Part shown: positions 1 through 8,929 of the stretch, in pieces
Numbering within the stretch: position 1 is the stretch's first letter
Layout of the letters: each line of letters starts with the position of its first letter
Source of the DNA: Demequinaceae bacterium
Lineage (GTDB): Bacteria > Actinomycetota > Actinomycetes > Actinomycetales > Demequinaceae
Assembly (NCBI GenBank): GCA_965250005.1
Contig: OZ252279.1
Location: 390,001 to 422,000, forward strand
Direction: 5' to 3'
DNA length: 32,000 nt
Translations under genes and position numbers: made by a program
The notes under the pieces: generated by a model
What the model was told of the DNA's origin: nothing
The model's input: the letters and a program-made list of their open reading frames with translations, nothing else
The model's database searches: none

Positions 1-2552
1 GGCTGCCCGCGTCCCCCGCCGCGCACCTACGCAGCGCGGCAGAGATGATGTACCGGCATCGGCGCCACCCGGAGGCCGTGGGCGCGGCGGCCAGCCTCGC
101 TAAGGAGCTGGCGTTCGACCTGTCGCTGGTGGCTCCCAACCTGCCTCCGTACCCGGTGCCGCCCGGACACAACGAGGCGTCGTGGCTGCGCGAACTCACT
201 ATGCGCGGCGCGCGCGAGCGCTACGGACCGCCCGAGGCGGAACGCGTCCCCGGGGCGTACAAGAAAATCGAACACGAGCTGCAGATCATCGAACGGCTCA
301 ACTTTCCCGGCTACTTCCTGATCGTCTACGACCTGGTGGATTTCTGCCGCCGCAGCGACATTTTGTGCCAAGGCCGCGGCAGCGCCGCCAACAGCGCGGT
401 CTGCTACGCCCTGGGTGTCACCGCCGTGGATGCCGTCACACACGGGCTGCTGTTCGAGCGGTTCCTCGCACCCGAGCGGGACGGCCCCCCAGACATCGAT
501 GTCGACATCGAGTCCGACCGCCGGGAGGAGGTCATCCAGTACGTGTATCAGCGGTTCGGGCGCATCAACGCCGCGATGGTGGCCAACGTCATCCAGTACC
601 GTCCGCGCTCCGCCGTCAGGGATGCCGCGAAGGCGCTGGGGTATGACGTGGGTCAGCAGGACGCGTGGTCCAAGAGCATCGACCGGTGGGGCTCGCTGAA
701 GGTGCCAGAAGAGAAGCAGCAGGAATGGGCCGCCAAGCAGCGGGACGCGATGTGGCCGGAGCCCAAGCCAGTCGAGCGCGACCTGGACCACATCCCCGAG
801 AACGTGGTGGACCTCGCGGACCGCTTCATGCGGCTCCCGCGCCACCTGGGCATCCACCCCGGGGGCATGGTCCTGTGCGACCGGCCCGTCATCGATGTGT
901 GCCCGGTCGAGTGGGGCCGTATGCCCGGCCGTACCGTGCTCCAGTGGGACAAGGATGACTGCGCCGATGCGGGCCTCGTGAAGTTTGACTTGCTGGGGCT
1001 GGGGATGCTCTCGGCGCTCAAGTACGCGTTCGAATTTGTGCGCGAAACGCAAAGCGAGGAGCTCACGCTGCACGGGCTGCCGCAAGAGGACCCGCGCGTG
1101 TATGACATGCTCTGCGCCGCGGACACCGTTGGCGTGTTCCAGGTGGAGTCGCGCGCGCAGATGGCCACGCTGCCGCGCCTGCGTCCTCGCAAGTTCTACG
1201 ACATCGTGGTGGAGGTCGCGCTCATCCGCCCTGGTCCCATTCAGGGAGGCTCCGTCCATCCGTACATCAACCGCGCGCGCGGACGCGAGGAGGTCACCTA
1301 CCTTCACCCCCTGCTCAAGCCCGCACTGGAGAAGACGCTCGGCGTGCCCCTGTTCCAGGAGCAACTCATGCAGATGGCGATGGACGCCGCCGGGTTCGAC
1401 GGATCAGAGGCGGACCAACTGCGTCGCGCGATGGGATCCAAGCGCAGTCCCGAGCGCATGGAGGCGCTGCGGGTGCGGGCCATGGCGGGCATGGCGAACA
1501 ACGGGATCGAACATGACGTCGCCGCGCAGATCTTCGACAAGCTCAAGGCGTTCGCCGACTTCGGCTTTCCCGAGTCCCACTCGTACTCGTTCGCGTACCT
1601 CGTGTACGCCTCCACGTGGCTCAAGGTGCACAAGCCCGCGGCGTTCTATGCGGGGCTGCTTGCGGCCCAGCCCATGGGCTTCTACTCGCCGCAGTCCCTC
1701 GCTGCGGACGCCCGTCGGCACGGGCAGGCGGTGCTGCGCCCGTGCGTGGCCAGGTCCGTTCCGCTCGCGCGGGTGGAGCGGCAGGACGACCCCTTCGAAT
1801 CACCGGGCGAGACGCGGGAGGATCTCTCGAAGCTGAGCACAGTGGAAGCACACCTCGCGGTGCGCATGGGACTCGCCTCCGTGCGGAGTGTGGACTTGGC
1901 GGATGCCGAGCGCATCGTCGCGGCAAGGCAGGACGGCGAGTTCGTTGACCTGCGGGATATGGCCAGGCGCGTGCAACTCAGTGAACCGCAGTGGGAGGCG
2001 CTCGCCACGGCCGGCGCCCTAGAGACGCTGGGCGTGACGCGGCGCGAGGGCCTGTGGGCGGCTGGCGCGCTGTCCCTCGAGGGTCCCGACACACTGCCCG
2101 GGGTCTCGGTGGGTGTGGATGCTCCAACGCTGCCCGGCATGAGCCCTGTCGAGACAGCCGTGGCCGACGTGTGGGCTTCTGGCGTGAGCGCGGATGCGTA
2201 CCCCACCGCGTTCCTGCGTGAGGGCCTGGACCAGCACGGCGTGCTGCGGGTCTCTCAAGTCCTCACGCACGAAGCCGAGCGCAGGGTCACCGCGGCGGGA
2301 GTGGTGACGCACCGGCAGCGCCCGGGAACCGCCAAGGGAGTCACGTTCCTGTCGATCGAGGACGAGACTGGCGTGCTCAACGTGATCTGCTCAGTAGGCG
2401 TATGGAAACGCTTCCAGGCGGTCGCCCGCCGGTCGCCGGGTCTGGTGGTGCGCGGGCGCATCGAGCGCGCCGACGGCGCTACCAACCTGGTGGCTGAGCA
2501 CCTGTCGCCGCTGTCGCTCAAGGTGCCCACTAAGTCCCGCGACTTCAAGTAG
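1..2552 (+). CDS. dnaE2: Error-prone DNA polymerase III alpha-subunit paralog DnaE2 (ImuC); 5' end lies outside the window
   Basis: The frame of ORF 45..2552 stays open back to nt 3, so the gene starts upstream. The translation has Pol III alpha motifs (NFPGYFLIVYDLVDFC, QGRGSAANSAVCYALGVT, FQVESRAQM, LIRPGPIQGG, FGFPESHSYSFA) and ends soon after an OB-fold-like C-terminus. The stretch LPPYPVPPGHNEASWLRELT and the short C-terminus fit DnaE2 better than DnaE1. Confidence 0.85.
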   Translation, partial: LPASPAAHLRSAAEMMYRHRRHPEAVGAAASLAKELAFDLSLVAPNLPPYPVPPGHNEASWLRELTMRGARERYGPPEAERVPGAYKKIEHELQIIERLNFPGYFLIVYDLVDFCRRSDILCQGRGSAANSAVCYALGVTAVDAVTHGLLFERFLAPERDGPPDIDVDIESDRREEVIQYVYQRFGRINAAMVANVIQYRPRSAVRDAAKALGYDVGQQDAWSKSIDRWGSLKVPEEKQQEWAAKQRDAMWPEPKPVERDLDHIPENVVDLADRFMRLPRHLGIHPGGMVLCDRPVIDVCPVEWGRMPGRTVLQWDKDDCADAGLVKFDLLGLGMLSALKYAFEFVRETQSEELTLHGLPQEDPRVYDMLCAADTVGVFQVESRAQMATLPRLRPRKFYDIVVEVALIRPGPIQGGSVHPYINRARGREEVTYLHPLLKPALEKTLGVPLFQEQLMQMAMDAAGFDGSEADQLRRAMGSKRSPERMEALRVRAMAGMANNGIEHDVAAQIFDKLKAFADFGFPESHSYSFAYLVYASTWLKVHKPAAFYAGLLAAQPMGFYSPQSLAADARRHGQAVLRPCVARSVPLARVERQDDPFESPGETREDLSKLSTVEAHLAVRMGLASVRSVDLADAERIVAARQDGEFVDLRDMARRVQLSEPQWEALATAGALETLGVTRREGLWAAGALSLEGPDTLPGVSVGVDAPTLPGMSPVETAVADVWASGVSADAYPTAFLREGLDQHGVLRVSQVLTHEAERRVTAAGVVTHRQRPGTAKGVTFLSIEDETGVLNVICSVGVWKRFQAVARRSPGLVVRGRIERADGATNLVAEHLSPLSLKVPTKSRDFK

Positions 2553-2567
2553 CCGGCTACCTGCGAG

Positions 2568-4793
2568 CTAGACCAGGCTGAAGGACACCGCGACTCCAGC
2601 GACCACGATCGCCTCCATGCTCATGAGCTTCACCAGAATATTGAGGCTCGGGCCGGCGGTGTCTTTGAAGGGATCGCCAACGGTGTCGCCAATTACCGCG
2701 GACTGGTGGGCCTCTGAACCCTTGCCGCCGTGATGGCCTTCTTCGATGTGCTTCTTGGCGTTGTCCCACGCGCCGCCGGCGTTGGCCATGAACATCGACA
2801 GCGAGAAGCCCGTCACGGCGCCTCCTCCGAGCAGGCCAAGGACGCCGGGAACGCCGAAGATGAGGCCAACGACCACGGGAGCGGCGATCGCTAATAGCGA
2901 GGGCAGCAGCATCTCGCGCTGCGCAGCGCGCGTAGAGATGCTCACGCAGCGCGCGTAGTCGGGGTCTGCGTCGCCGGACATGATTCCAGGGATCTCGGCA
3001 AACTGACGTCGAACCTCGTCGACCATGAGGCCCGCGGCGCGACCAACGGCCTTCATCGTGAGCCCACTGAAGACGAACGCCAGCATGGCGCCGACGAACA
3101 TGCCGATCACCACCTTGGGGTTGATCAGCACCACCTCGTAGTTGGTCATCATGTCCATCAGGTCGAACCTCTTGAGAAGCGAGACGCCACTTTCGCCGGT
3201 GAGCTCGACGCCATTGGGGAACGCGTAGTCGGAGCCCCGTTCGAGGGCATGGCCGATCGCGATCTTCACTTCCTCCAGGTACGAGGCGATGAGGGCGATG
3301 CCGGTAAGCGCGGCCGAGCCGATCGCAAACCCCTTGCCCGTGGCAGCGGTCGTGTTTCCCAGCGCGTCAAGGGCGTCGGTACGGCGGCGAACCTCCGGTG
3401 GCAATCCCGCCATCTCAGCGTTGCCGCCGGCGTTGTCCGCAATCGGGCCATACGCGTCGGTTGCCAGCGTGATGCCCAGGGTGCTGAGCATGCCGACTGC
3501 GGCGATGCCAATGCCGTAGAGCCCGGTTCCCACGTGGCCCATGTCAAGGTGGTATTCGGCGCCAAAGAAGAACGCGAGGCCGATGCCAGACACCACCGCG
3601 ATCACGGGGATGGCGACGGACAGCATACCCTCGCCGAGCCCGCCGATGATGACCGTTGCGGGGCCGGTGCGCGCGGAGGCGCCGATGCGCTGGGTCGGGC
3701 CGTAGGCCTGGGACGTGTAGTGCTCTGCGGCGCGGCCGATAATGATGCCAGTGAGCAGGCCCACGATCAGCGCGAGCCACAGCCCCATAACGTTTGGCGC
3801 GCCCATCGCGTACAGGACGCCGAACGAGACCAGCCCGATCATCACCGCGCTGCCGTTAACTCCGCGCCCAAGCGCGCCAAGCAGCTGCTTGCTCGACGCG
3901 CCCTCGCCCGTCCTGACAAAGAACACGCCAATGATGGACAGCAGCGAACCAACGGAGCCGATCACCATGGGTGCCAGCACGGCTATCAGTTGGATCTCTG
4001 CACCTGAGTGCACGTACGCCGCCGCGCCAAGCGCGGCGCTGGCCAGAATCACGCCAACGTAGGACTCGTAGAGGTCGGCGCCCATGCCTGCGACGTCGCC
4101 AACGTTGTCACCAACGTTGTCCGCGATGGTCGCGGGGTTGCGAGCGTCGTCCTCGGGGATGCCGGCCTCGATTTTGCCGACCAGGTCTGCGCCAACGTCG
4201 GCGGCTTTGGTGAAGATGCCGCCGCCCACGCGCGCGAACAGTGACTGCACGGCCGCTCCCATACCGAACGTCAGCATCGTGGTCGTGATTATCACGACGT
4301 TGTGTGGGTCGTCGATCGCGTAGAACCGCGACAGGATCAGGAACCACGCGGCGACGTCAAGCAGGCCGAGGCCCACGACCACGAGCCCCATGACAGCGCC
4401 GCTACGGAAGGCAACACGCAGGCCGTGATTGAGTGAGTGGCGAGCGGCGTTTGCGGTGCGCGCGGATGCGTACGTCGCGGTGCGCATGCCGATGAACCCC
4501 GCGAGCGCGGAAAAAAGTCCGCCCGTAAGGAACGCAAATGGCACCCACGGATTCTGCAGGTGTAGGACGTACGCGAGCACGCAGAACACGGCGGTGAGGC
4601 TCGCGAAGACGATCCCGACTACCTTGTATTGCTGCTTGAGGTAGGCGAGGGCGCCATCGCGCACGTGAGCGGCAATCTTGATCATTGTGGGTGTGCCCTC
4701 GTCCTCCTTCATCATTTGCTTGAAGAAGTAGTACGCGGCGCCAAGAGACAACAGCGAGGCGATCGGCACCAACCAGAACCATGGAGAGATCAT
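2568..4793 (-). CDS. hppA: Membrane-bound, ion-translocating inorganic pyrophosphatase (mPPase, HppA family)
   Basis: Polytopic membrane protein with the diagnostic mPPase motifs [56 protein letters not shown] and [22 protein letters not shown]. The ORF track starts it at 4847. I prefer the ATG at 4793 ([10 protein letters not shown]...), which sits just before the first TM helix and removes the overlap with the upstream gene. Confidence 0.92.
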   Translation of the reverse strand: MISPWFWLVPIASLLSLGAAYYFFKQMMKEDEGTPTMIKIAAHVRDGALAYLKQQYKVVGIVFASLTAVFCVLAYVLHLQNPWVPFAFLTGGLFSALAGFIGMRTATYASARTANAARHSLNHGLRVAFRSGAVMGLVVVGLGLLDVAAWFLILSRFYAIDDPHNVVIITTTMLTFGMGAAVQSLFARVGGGIFTKAADVGADLVGKIEAGIPEDDARNPATIADNVGDNVGDVAGMGADLYESYVGVILASAALGAAAYVHSGAEIQLIAVLAPMVIGSVGSLLSIIGVFFVRTGEGASSKQLLGALGRGVNGSAVMIGLVSFGVLYAMGAPNVMGLWLALIVGLLTGIIIGRAAEHYTSQAYGPTQRIGASARTGPATVIIGGLGEGMLSVAIPVIAVVSGIGLAFFFGAEYHLDMGHVGTGLYGIGIAAVGMLSTLGITLATDAYGPIADNAGGNAEMAGLPPEVRRRTDALDALGNTTAATGKGFAIGSAALTGIALIASYLEEVKIAIGHALERGSDYAFPNGVELTGESGVSLLKRFDLMDMMTNYEVVLINPKVVIGMFVGAMLAFVFSGLTMKAVGRAAGLMVDEVRRQFAEIPGIMSGDADPDYARCVSISTRAAQREMLLPSLLAIAAPVVVGLIFGVPGVLGLLGGGAVTGFSLSMFMANAGGAWDNAKKHIEEGHHGGKGSEAHQSAVIGDTVGDPFKDTAGPSLNILVKLMSMEAIVVAGVAVSFSLV

Positions 4794-4810
4794 GTATGAG
4801 GCTCGTTCTA

Positions 4811-5590
4811 CTAGTGCCCGAAGGCGGTCTGTGCGGAGCGCCACCATGCGAGGTGCTCGCGCTCGAGCGTCTCCGCGCCTGGTATGGGGAACGCCGTGAT
4901 TCCGTCCGGGTCGCCCACGAAGAACCCGTTTCGCACCGTGCGGAACAGCACTTCCTGGGTCATTTGCCGCAGCACCGTCTTGGTGTGCTTCTTGGGCTTC
5001 GCCGCGAGCTCGCGCAGGCAGTCCCGCAGGTGGCCGATGTTGGGGTACGGCAGATTGTCGATGTGAGGCGAGTCGGGGTCATTTTTGAGGTTGCCGAGCG
5101 TCAATTCGCTGAATACTATGCGCGGGACGTTGACCGGCTGGTCCGCGTCGGTAAGAAACTCGGCGAACTCCGCAGGGTCGAGGTTGCTGACAACGCGCGG
5201 GTTGATGGGGCAAAACTCTTGGTAGAGGTGTGCGCGGTCTTCCTCGTCTGGAACGAACTCGTGGGGGTCGAGCGAGAGCACGCGCCCGTCGTCCGTAGCT
5301 AGGTGTAGTTGCGAAAGGGCGGATCGTGGGACGTGCTCGAGCGTGCGGTAGATGCTGATGTACACCGAGTTCTTGGGGCGGCCGTCTGCGTGCGGCACGC
5401 AGCGCTTGTCGACGGCGTCAAGGGGGAATGGTTGCCCCTCGAGCTTCGCGCGATCCACGGAGAAGAAGATGGCCTGGCCGCGCGAACGCTTGGCGCCACC
5501 CATGGCGTAGTACAGGCCAAATTCTTCCGGCGGCAGCATGGAGGCAATGAGGGCCTGGGGAATGAGGGACAGGTACAGAAATATGCTCAT
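4811..5590 (-). CDS. Uncharacterised soluble protein (259 aa) co-oriented with and immediately upstream of hppA
   Basis: Clean 259-codon ORF with protein-like composition, unlike the R/P/A-rich antisense artefacts. GGAG lies 6 nt upstream of the ATG at 5590 (minus-strand ggagcaagccATG). The stop is 17 nt from the preferred hppA start. I recognise no family, TM segment or catalytic motif. Confidence 0.7.
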   Translation of the reverse strand: MSIFLYLSLIPQALIASMLPPEEFGLYYAMGGAKRSRGQAIFFSVDRAKLEGQPFPLDAVDKRCVPHADGRPKNSVYISIYRTLEHVPRSALSQLHLATDDGRVLSLDPHEFVPDEEDRAHLYQEFCPINPRVVSNLDPAEFAEFLTDADQPVNVPRIVFSELTLGNLKNDPDSPHIDNLPYPNIGHLRDCLRELAAKPKKHTKTVLRQMTQEVLFRTVRNGFFVGDPDGITAFPIPGAETLEREHLAWWRSAQTAFGH

Positions 5591-5806
5591 GGCTTGCTCC
5601 TATGGCAGGCAACGCAGAATGCCGCCACTAGCGACGCTACGCCCACGTTTGGAGCGCCTCACGGGACATTGGTCTTGCTGCCAGTTCCCTACGAGAACCG
5701 GATTGTCTGGACTGTCGCGCGCATGCTGGCGTTTCCGGGCGGCGGTCGAATCGTGCTAATCTTGCGGTCGCGCCAGAGCGTCCCACCAGGGCGGTTTGGC
5801 CCCCCG

Positions 5807-5890
5807 GTCCGAGTGGCGGAATTGGTAGACGCGCTAGCTTGAGGGGTTAGTGCCCTTACGGGCGTAGGGGTTCAAGTCCCCTCTCGGACA
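5807..5890 (+). tRNA. tRNA-Leu, anticodon GAG (type II tRNA with long variable arm); CCA not encoded
   Basis: - Acceptor stem gtccgag/ctcggac (7 bp)
- D-arm gcggaattggtagacgc
- Anticodon stem ctagc/gttag with loop ttGAGgg
- Long variable arm tgcccttacgggcgt
- T-arm agggg-ttcaagt-cccct
- Discriminator A
The sequence is nearly colinear with the E. coli tRNA-Leu scaffold as I remember it. Confidence 0.92.
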
Positions 5891-5899
5891 CACGATCGG

Positions 5900-5925
5900 C
5901 CGGAGCACTCGCTCCGGTCTTTTCT
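5900..5925 (+). terminator. Intrinsic terminator-like hairpin after tRNA-Leu
   Basis: ccggagc-actc-gctccgg forms a 7-bp perfect stem with a 4-nt loop. It is followed directly by the T-rich tract tcttttctgtt and begins 10 nt after the tRNA 3' end. Confidence 0.55.
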
Positions 5926-5951
5926 GTTCCTGCCCGCGATAGCCTGAAGGC

Positions 5952-7253
5952 GTGAATCCGGAACACGATGTCGTCGCGATCGCGCAGGACCTCATGCGGA
6001 TCGACACCTCGAACTTTGGTGACGACACCGGCCCAGGTGAGCGGGAGGCGGCTGAGTACGTCGCGACCTTCCTTTCAAACCTCGGCCTTGAGCCGGAGAT
6101 CCGCGAATCCGCGCCCGGACGCACGTCGGTCACAGCGCTATGGGAGGGCCTCAACCGCGATCGCGCGCCGCTCGTTGTTCACGGCCACCTGGACGTGGTT
6201 CCCGCATTCCCGCACGAATGGCAACACCCGCCGTTCGCCGCCGAGCTTGCGGACGGGATGATCTGGGGCCGCGGCGCCGTCGACATGAAGGGCACGAACG
6301 CGATTTACCTCAGCGTCGTGGCGTCGATGATCGCCGCAGGAGCGAAGCCCGCTCGGGACATCGTGCTCGCCTTTTTCGCTGACGAGGAAAACGGAGGGGG
6401 GCTGGGCGCTGGCTTCATGATCCGCGAACACCGTGACGACTTTCGCGGTGCGAGCGAAGCTATCAGCGAGGTTGGCGGATTCTCCACCACGATCAATGGC
6501 AAGCGTGCGTACATGCTCCAGACGGCGGAGAAGGGCATCCAATGGCTCCGGCTCGTTAGCGCGGGCACCGCAGGGCACGGAAGCCTAGTGCACGATGACA
6601 ACGCTGTGACGCATCTCGCGGCGGCGGTGACGCGCATCGGCAAATACGCGTGGCCCCTGGACGTGACGCCCACGGTCGAACGGCTGCTCCGCGGCGTCGC
6701 CGATCTCACGGGCGAGACCTATGCGCCGGAGCCCGAGATTGTGGACCGCCTCATTAGCGCGCTCGGGCCAGTCTCGCGGTTTGTCGAGGCGACAGTGCGG
6801 AATACGTCGAACCCGACGCAGTTGGACGGCGGCTACAAGTCAAACGTCATCCCGGACCAGGCGACAGCGGTGATAGATACCCGGTACCTTCCCGGCCAGC
6901 AGGAGGAGGTACTGCGGACAGTTGAGCGCCTCGCGGGGCCCAACGTGAAGGTTGAGCAGATCATCGTGGACATCGCTGTCGAGCAGCCTTTCGACACGGC
7001 AATTGTCGACAGAATGATCTCCGCGCTGGACGCCGAGGACCCTGGAGCTCCGGTGTTGCCGTATGCGCTCATGGGTGGCACCGACAACAAGTCGATGGCC
7101 AAGATTGGCATCGCCGGGTACGGTTTCGCGCCCCTCCAACTGCCGCCTGACCTGGATTTTCCCGCGCTGTTTCATGGTGTGGATGAGCGTGTGCCCGTGG
7201 ACGGGCTTCGGTTCGGGGTGCGCGTGATGGAGCGATTTTTGCGTGACTGCTAG
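5952..7253 (+). CDS. M20/M25/M40 family metallopeptidase (dipeptidase/deacylase-like)
   Basis: GTG start preceded by gaagg. The N-terminal pattern DTSNFG...GEREAAEYV...HGHLDVVP...WGRGAVDMKG...FFADEENGG is typical of M20 metal-binding residues. The length (433 aa) fits. Confidence 0.85.
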   Translation: MNPEHDVVAIAQDLMRIDTSNFGDDTGPGEREAAEYVATFLSNLGLEPEIRESAPGRTSVTALWEGLNRDRAPLVVHGHLDVVPAFPHEWQHPPFAAELADGMIWGRGAVDMKGTNAIYLSVVASMIAAGAKPARDIVLAFFADEENGGGLGAGFMIREHRDDFRGASEAISEVGGFSTTINGKRAYMLQTAEKGIQWLRLVSAGTAGHGSLVHDDNAVTHLAAAVTRIGKYAWPLDVTPTVERLLRGVADLTGETYAPEPEIVDRLISALGPVSRFVEATVRNTSNPTQLDGGYKSNVIPDQATAVIDTRYLPGQQEEVLRTVERLAGPNVKVEQIIVDIAVEQPFDTAIVDRMISALDAEDPGAPVLPYALMGGTDNKSMAKIGIAGYGFAPLQLPPDLDFPALFHGVDERVPVDGLRFGVRVMERFLRDC

Positions 7254-7267
7254 GTACGGGCGCCGAA

Positions 7268-7525
7268 CTACCCGGCGTTGGTGCGACGGACCTTGAGGGC
7301 TCGGCGACGAAGCCAAACTTTGCGCGCGCCGCCCCGATAGAGCACCACACGGGACAGTTCCCACTTGCCGTACTCGGCCTCGTCGGCGAGCAGGCGCCGC
7401 GCGTCGGAGCGGCTCACGTCGCGCGGAATGACCACGACACGAGTCTCGAAGTGGCTTAAACGCACGCCACTTCTGGCGGTGGGCTGGACCGCGCCGAGCG
7501 CGCGTTGGGCTGAGATTTCATGCAT
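7268..7525 (-). CDS. Small conserved actinobacterial protein, DUF5703-like
   Basis: The C-terminal two-thirds (RDVSRSDARRLLADEAEYGKWELSRVVLYRGGARKVWLRRRALKVRR) matches, from memory, the small DUF5703 family found near the M20 peptidase and uppP in actinobacteria. The ATG at 7525 has AAGGGA 5 nt upstream on the minus strand. An alternative GTG start at 7465 would give 65 aa. Confidence 0.6.
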   Translation of the reverse strand: MHEISAQRALGAVQPTARSGVRLSHFETRVVVIPRDVSRSDARRLLADEAEYGKWELSRVVLYRGGARKVWLRRRALKVRRTNAG

Positions 7526-7566
7526 TGCATTCCCTTTCTACACCGCACACCGGTAACGTCGGAACT

Positions 7567-7902
7567 ATGACAGCGAACGCGCGTGACGCCCTAAGGCACC
7601 TCACCACGGCTTTCGAGGACCACATCGAGGCCATCGCGACGCGCCGCGGCCCGAATGACGCGGCGGTTGACGACGCGTACGACGTCCTCGCGGAGTCCTT
7701 CGAACGGTACGAGGATGCACTGGACGTTGAGTTCGCCGAATCTGTTCCGATGGTCTTGGATGACGCTGACGACGATGGAGGCGAAGGCGATCGTGGTGAA
7801 TTCATCGACGACGATGACGAGTCTGAAGATATCGACGCGCACGCCGAAGAGGACGAGGACCAGCTAGACGATGACATCGTGGAGTTTGATCTCAAGTCTT
7901 AG
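7567..7902 (+). CDS. Highly acidic hypothetical protein (helical N-terminal half, D/E-rich tail)
   Basis: The ORF track starts at a TTG (7525); I prefer the ATG at 7567 (MTANARDALRHL...). The coding-like N-terminal half is followed by a tail in which most residues are D/E (DDADDDGGEGDRGEFIDDDDESEDIDAHAEEDEDQLDDD). No family assigned. Confidence 0.6.
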   Translation: MTANARDALRHLTTAFEDHIEAIATRRGPNDAAVDDAYDVLAESFERYEDALDVEFAESVPMVLDDADDDGGEGDRGEFIDDDDESEDIDAHAEEDEDQLDDDIVEFDLKS

Positions 7903-7905
7903 CTC

Positions 7906-8865
7906 CTAGCGCCGCTCGGGATAGCCGAGTGCCGGCGTACTCACGGCGTCTAGGGCGCTCCGGATCGCGTCCGGTAAGCGTAGATCCTCGGCAGCGAGCG
8001 AGGGCTGCAGTTGCGCAGACGTTCGGGCTCCAACGATGGCACTGCTCACTCCTGGAGCGTCGCGCACCCACGCCAGCGCCACCTCGTGGGCGCTCCGATC
8101 GAGGCCAGCGGCGGCCGTCACGATCGCGTCGACAATGGTCGCGACACGGTCGTTGAGGTAGGGCGCAAGGAAGCCGGAAAGGTGGTCGGAGGCAGCGCGG
8201 GAGTCGGCCGGGATCCCCTCGCGGTACTTGCCCGTGAGAACTCCGCGACCCAAGGGAGACCATGCGAGCACGCCTAGGCCAAGGGCATCGGCGGCAGGAA
8301 GCACTTCTCGTTCAACCCCGCGCTGGGCGAGCGAATACTCAACTTCGGTGCAGGAAATGCTGGGTCGCGAAGAAAGGGTGGAGGCCTGCGCCGTGGCCCA
8401 CCCAGGGAAATTGCTGAGCCCCACGTATCGAACTCGGCCGGAGTTCACCGCGATCTCAAGCGCGTGGAGCGTCTCGTCGACGGGGGTAACGGGATCGTGC
8501 GCGTGCACCAGCCATAGGTCGACGTGGTCAGTCTCCATACGGCCAAGCGACGCGTCGAGCGTCGCGAGCATGGTGTCCCGAGACGCGTCTACAGCACGGC
8601 CGCCCTCGCTGCGCCTGATTCCAGCCTTGGTGCACAGTTGAACGTCCTCGCGGCCAATCGTGCCGCCGAGCATTGATCCAATCAAAGATTCAGATCCGCC
8701 GTCGGCGTAGGCCGCGGCTGTGTCAAGCAGCGTCCCGCCCGCGCCCAAGAACGCATCAAGTTGCGCGCCAGCCTCCTCGGCATTCGTGTCGCGGCTCCAC
8801 GTCATGGTCCCTAGCGCGAGTCGAGAGACCTCCAGGCCTGTTGATCCGACGCGACGCCTCTCCAT
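7906..8865 (-). CDS. Aldo/keto reductase family oxidoreductase
   Basis: From the internal ATG at 8865 the protein reads MERRRVGSTGLEVSRLALGTMTW...LDTAAAYADGGSESLIG...LWLVHAHD...GLSNF, a typical AKR. The 149 codons upstream in the ORF track (to 9312) are antisense to uppP and have junk-like composition. Confidence 0.85.
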   Translation of the reverse strand: MERRRVGSTGLEVSRLALGTMTWSRDTNAEEAGAQLDAFLGAGGTLLDTAAAYADGGSESLIGSMLGGTIGREDVQLCTKAGIRRSEGGRAVDASRDTMLATLDASLGRMETDHVDLWLVHAHDPVTPVDETLHALEIAVNSGRVRYVGLSNFPGWATAQASTLSSRPSISCTEVEYSLAQRGVEREVLPAADALGLGVLAWSPLGRGVLTGKYREGIPADSRAASDHLSGFLAPYLNDRVATIVDAIVTAAAGLDRSAHEVALAWVRDAPGVSSAIVGARTSAQLQPSLAAEDLRLPDAIRSALDAVSTPALGYPERR

Positions 8866-8929
8866 GAATCCGAGGCTACCTGCGCGACGGGTACACACGT
8901 ACGCGGCGCGCGGCGGTAAGGTTTCGTGC

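Noticed and set aside
27-1364. 445-aa ORF antisense to dnaE2. Similar long antisense or out-of-frame ORFs occur at 12739..13602(-), 13694..14485(-), 16142..17065(-), 17105..17758(-), 18376..19440(-), 24272..24958(-), 27740..28403(-) and 28348..29514(-).
   Set aside because: Each lies entirely opposite or out of frame with a gene carrying unmistakable family motifs. Their translations are Arg/Pro/Ala/Gly-rich with no recognisable motifs. Long stop-free shadow frames are expected in GC-rich DNA.
5732-5762. Candidate promoters. One lies upstream of tRNA-Leu (tgcTAATCT extended -10 with TTTCCG at about -35). Another is TTGACC-17 nt-TATCCA at 31516-31544, upstream of gltB.
   Set aside because: These are only loose matches to TTGACA/TANNNT-type hexamers, and such matches are frequent by chance. 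Without TSS data I do not want to call them features.
5807-5890. tRNA-Leu as a possible genomic-island integration site, with hppA plus the unknown gene on one side.
   Set aside because: No integrase or recombinase is present. I could find no direct repeat of the tRNA 3' end elsewhere in the window. The flanking genes (M20 peptidase, uppP, PAC2) are core actinobacterial genes, and there is no obvious compositional shift.
5834-6154. 106-aa minus-strand ORF covering the tRNA 3' half and the M20 start.
   Set aside because: It overlaps a well-folded tRNA and a motif-bearing CDS, and its composition is junk-like.
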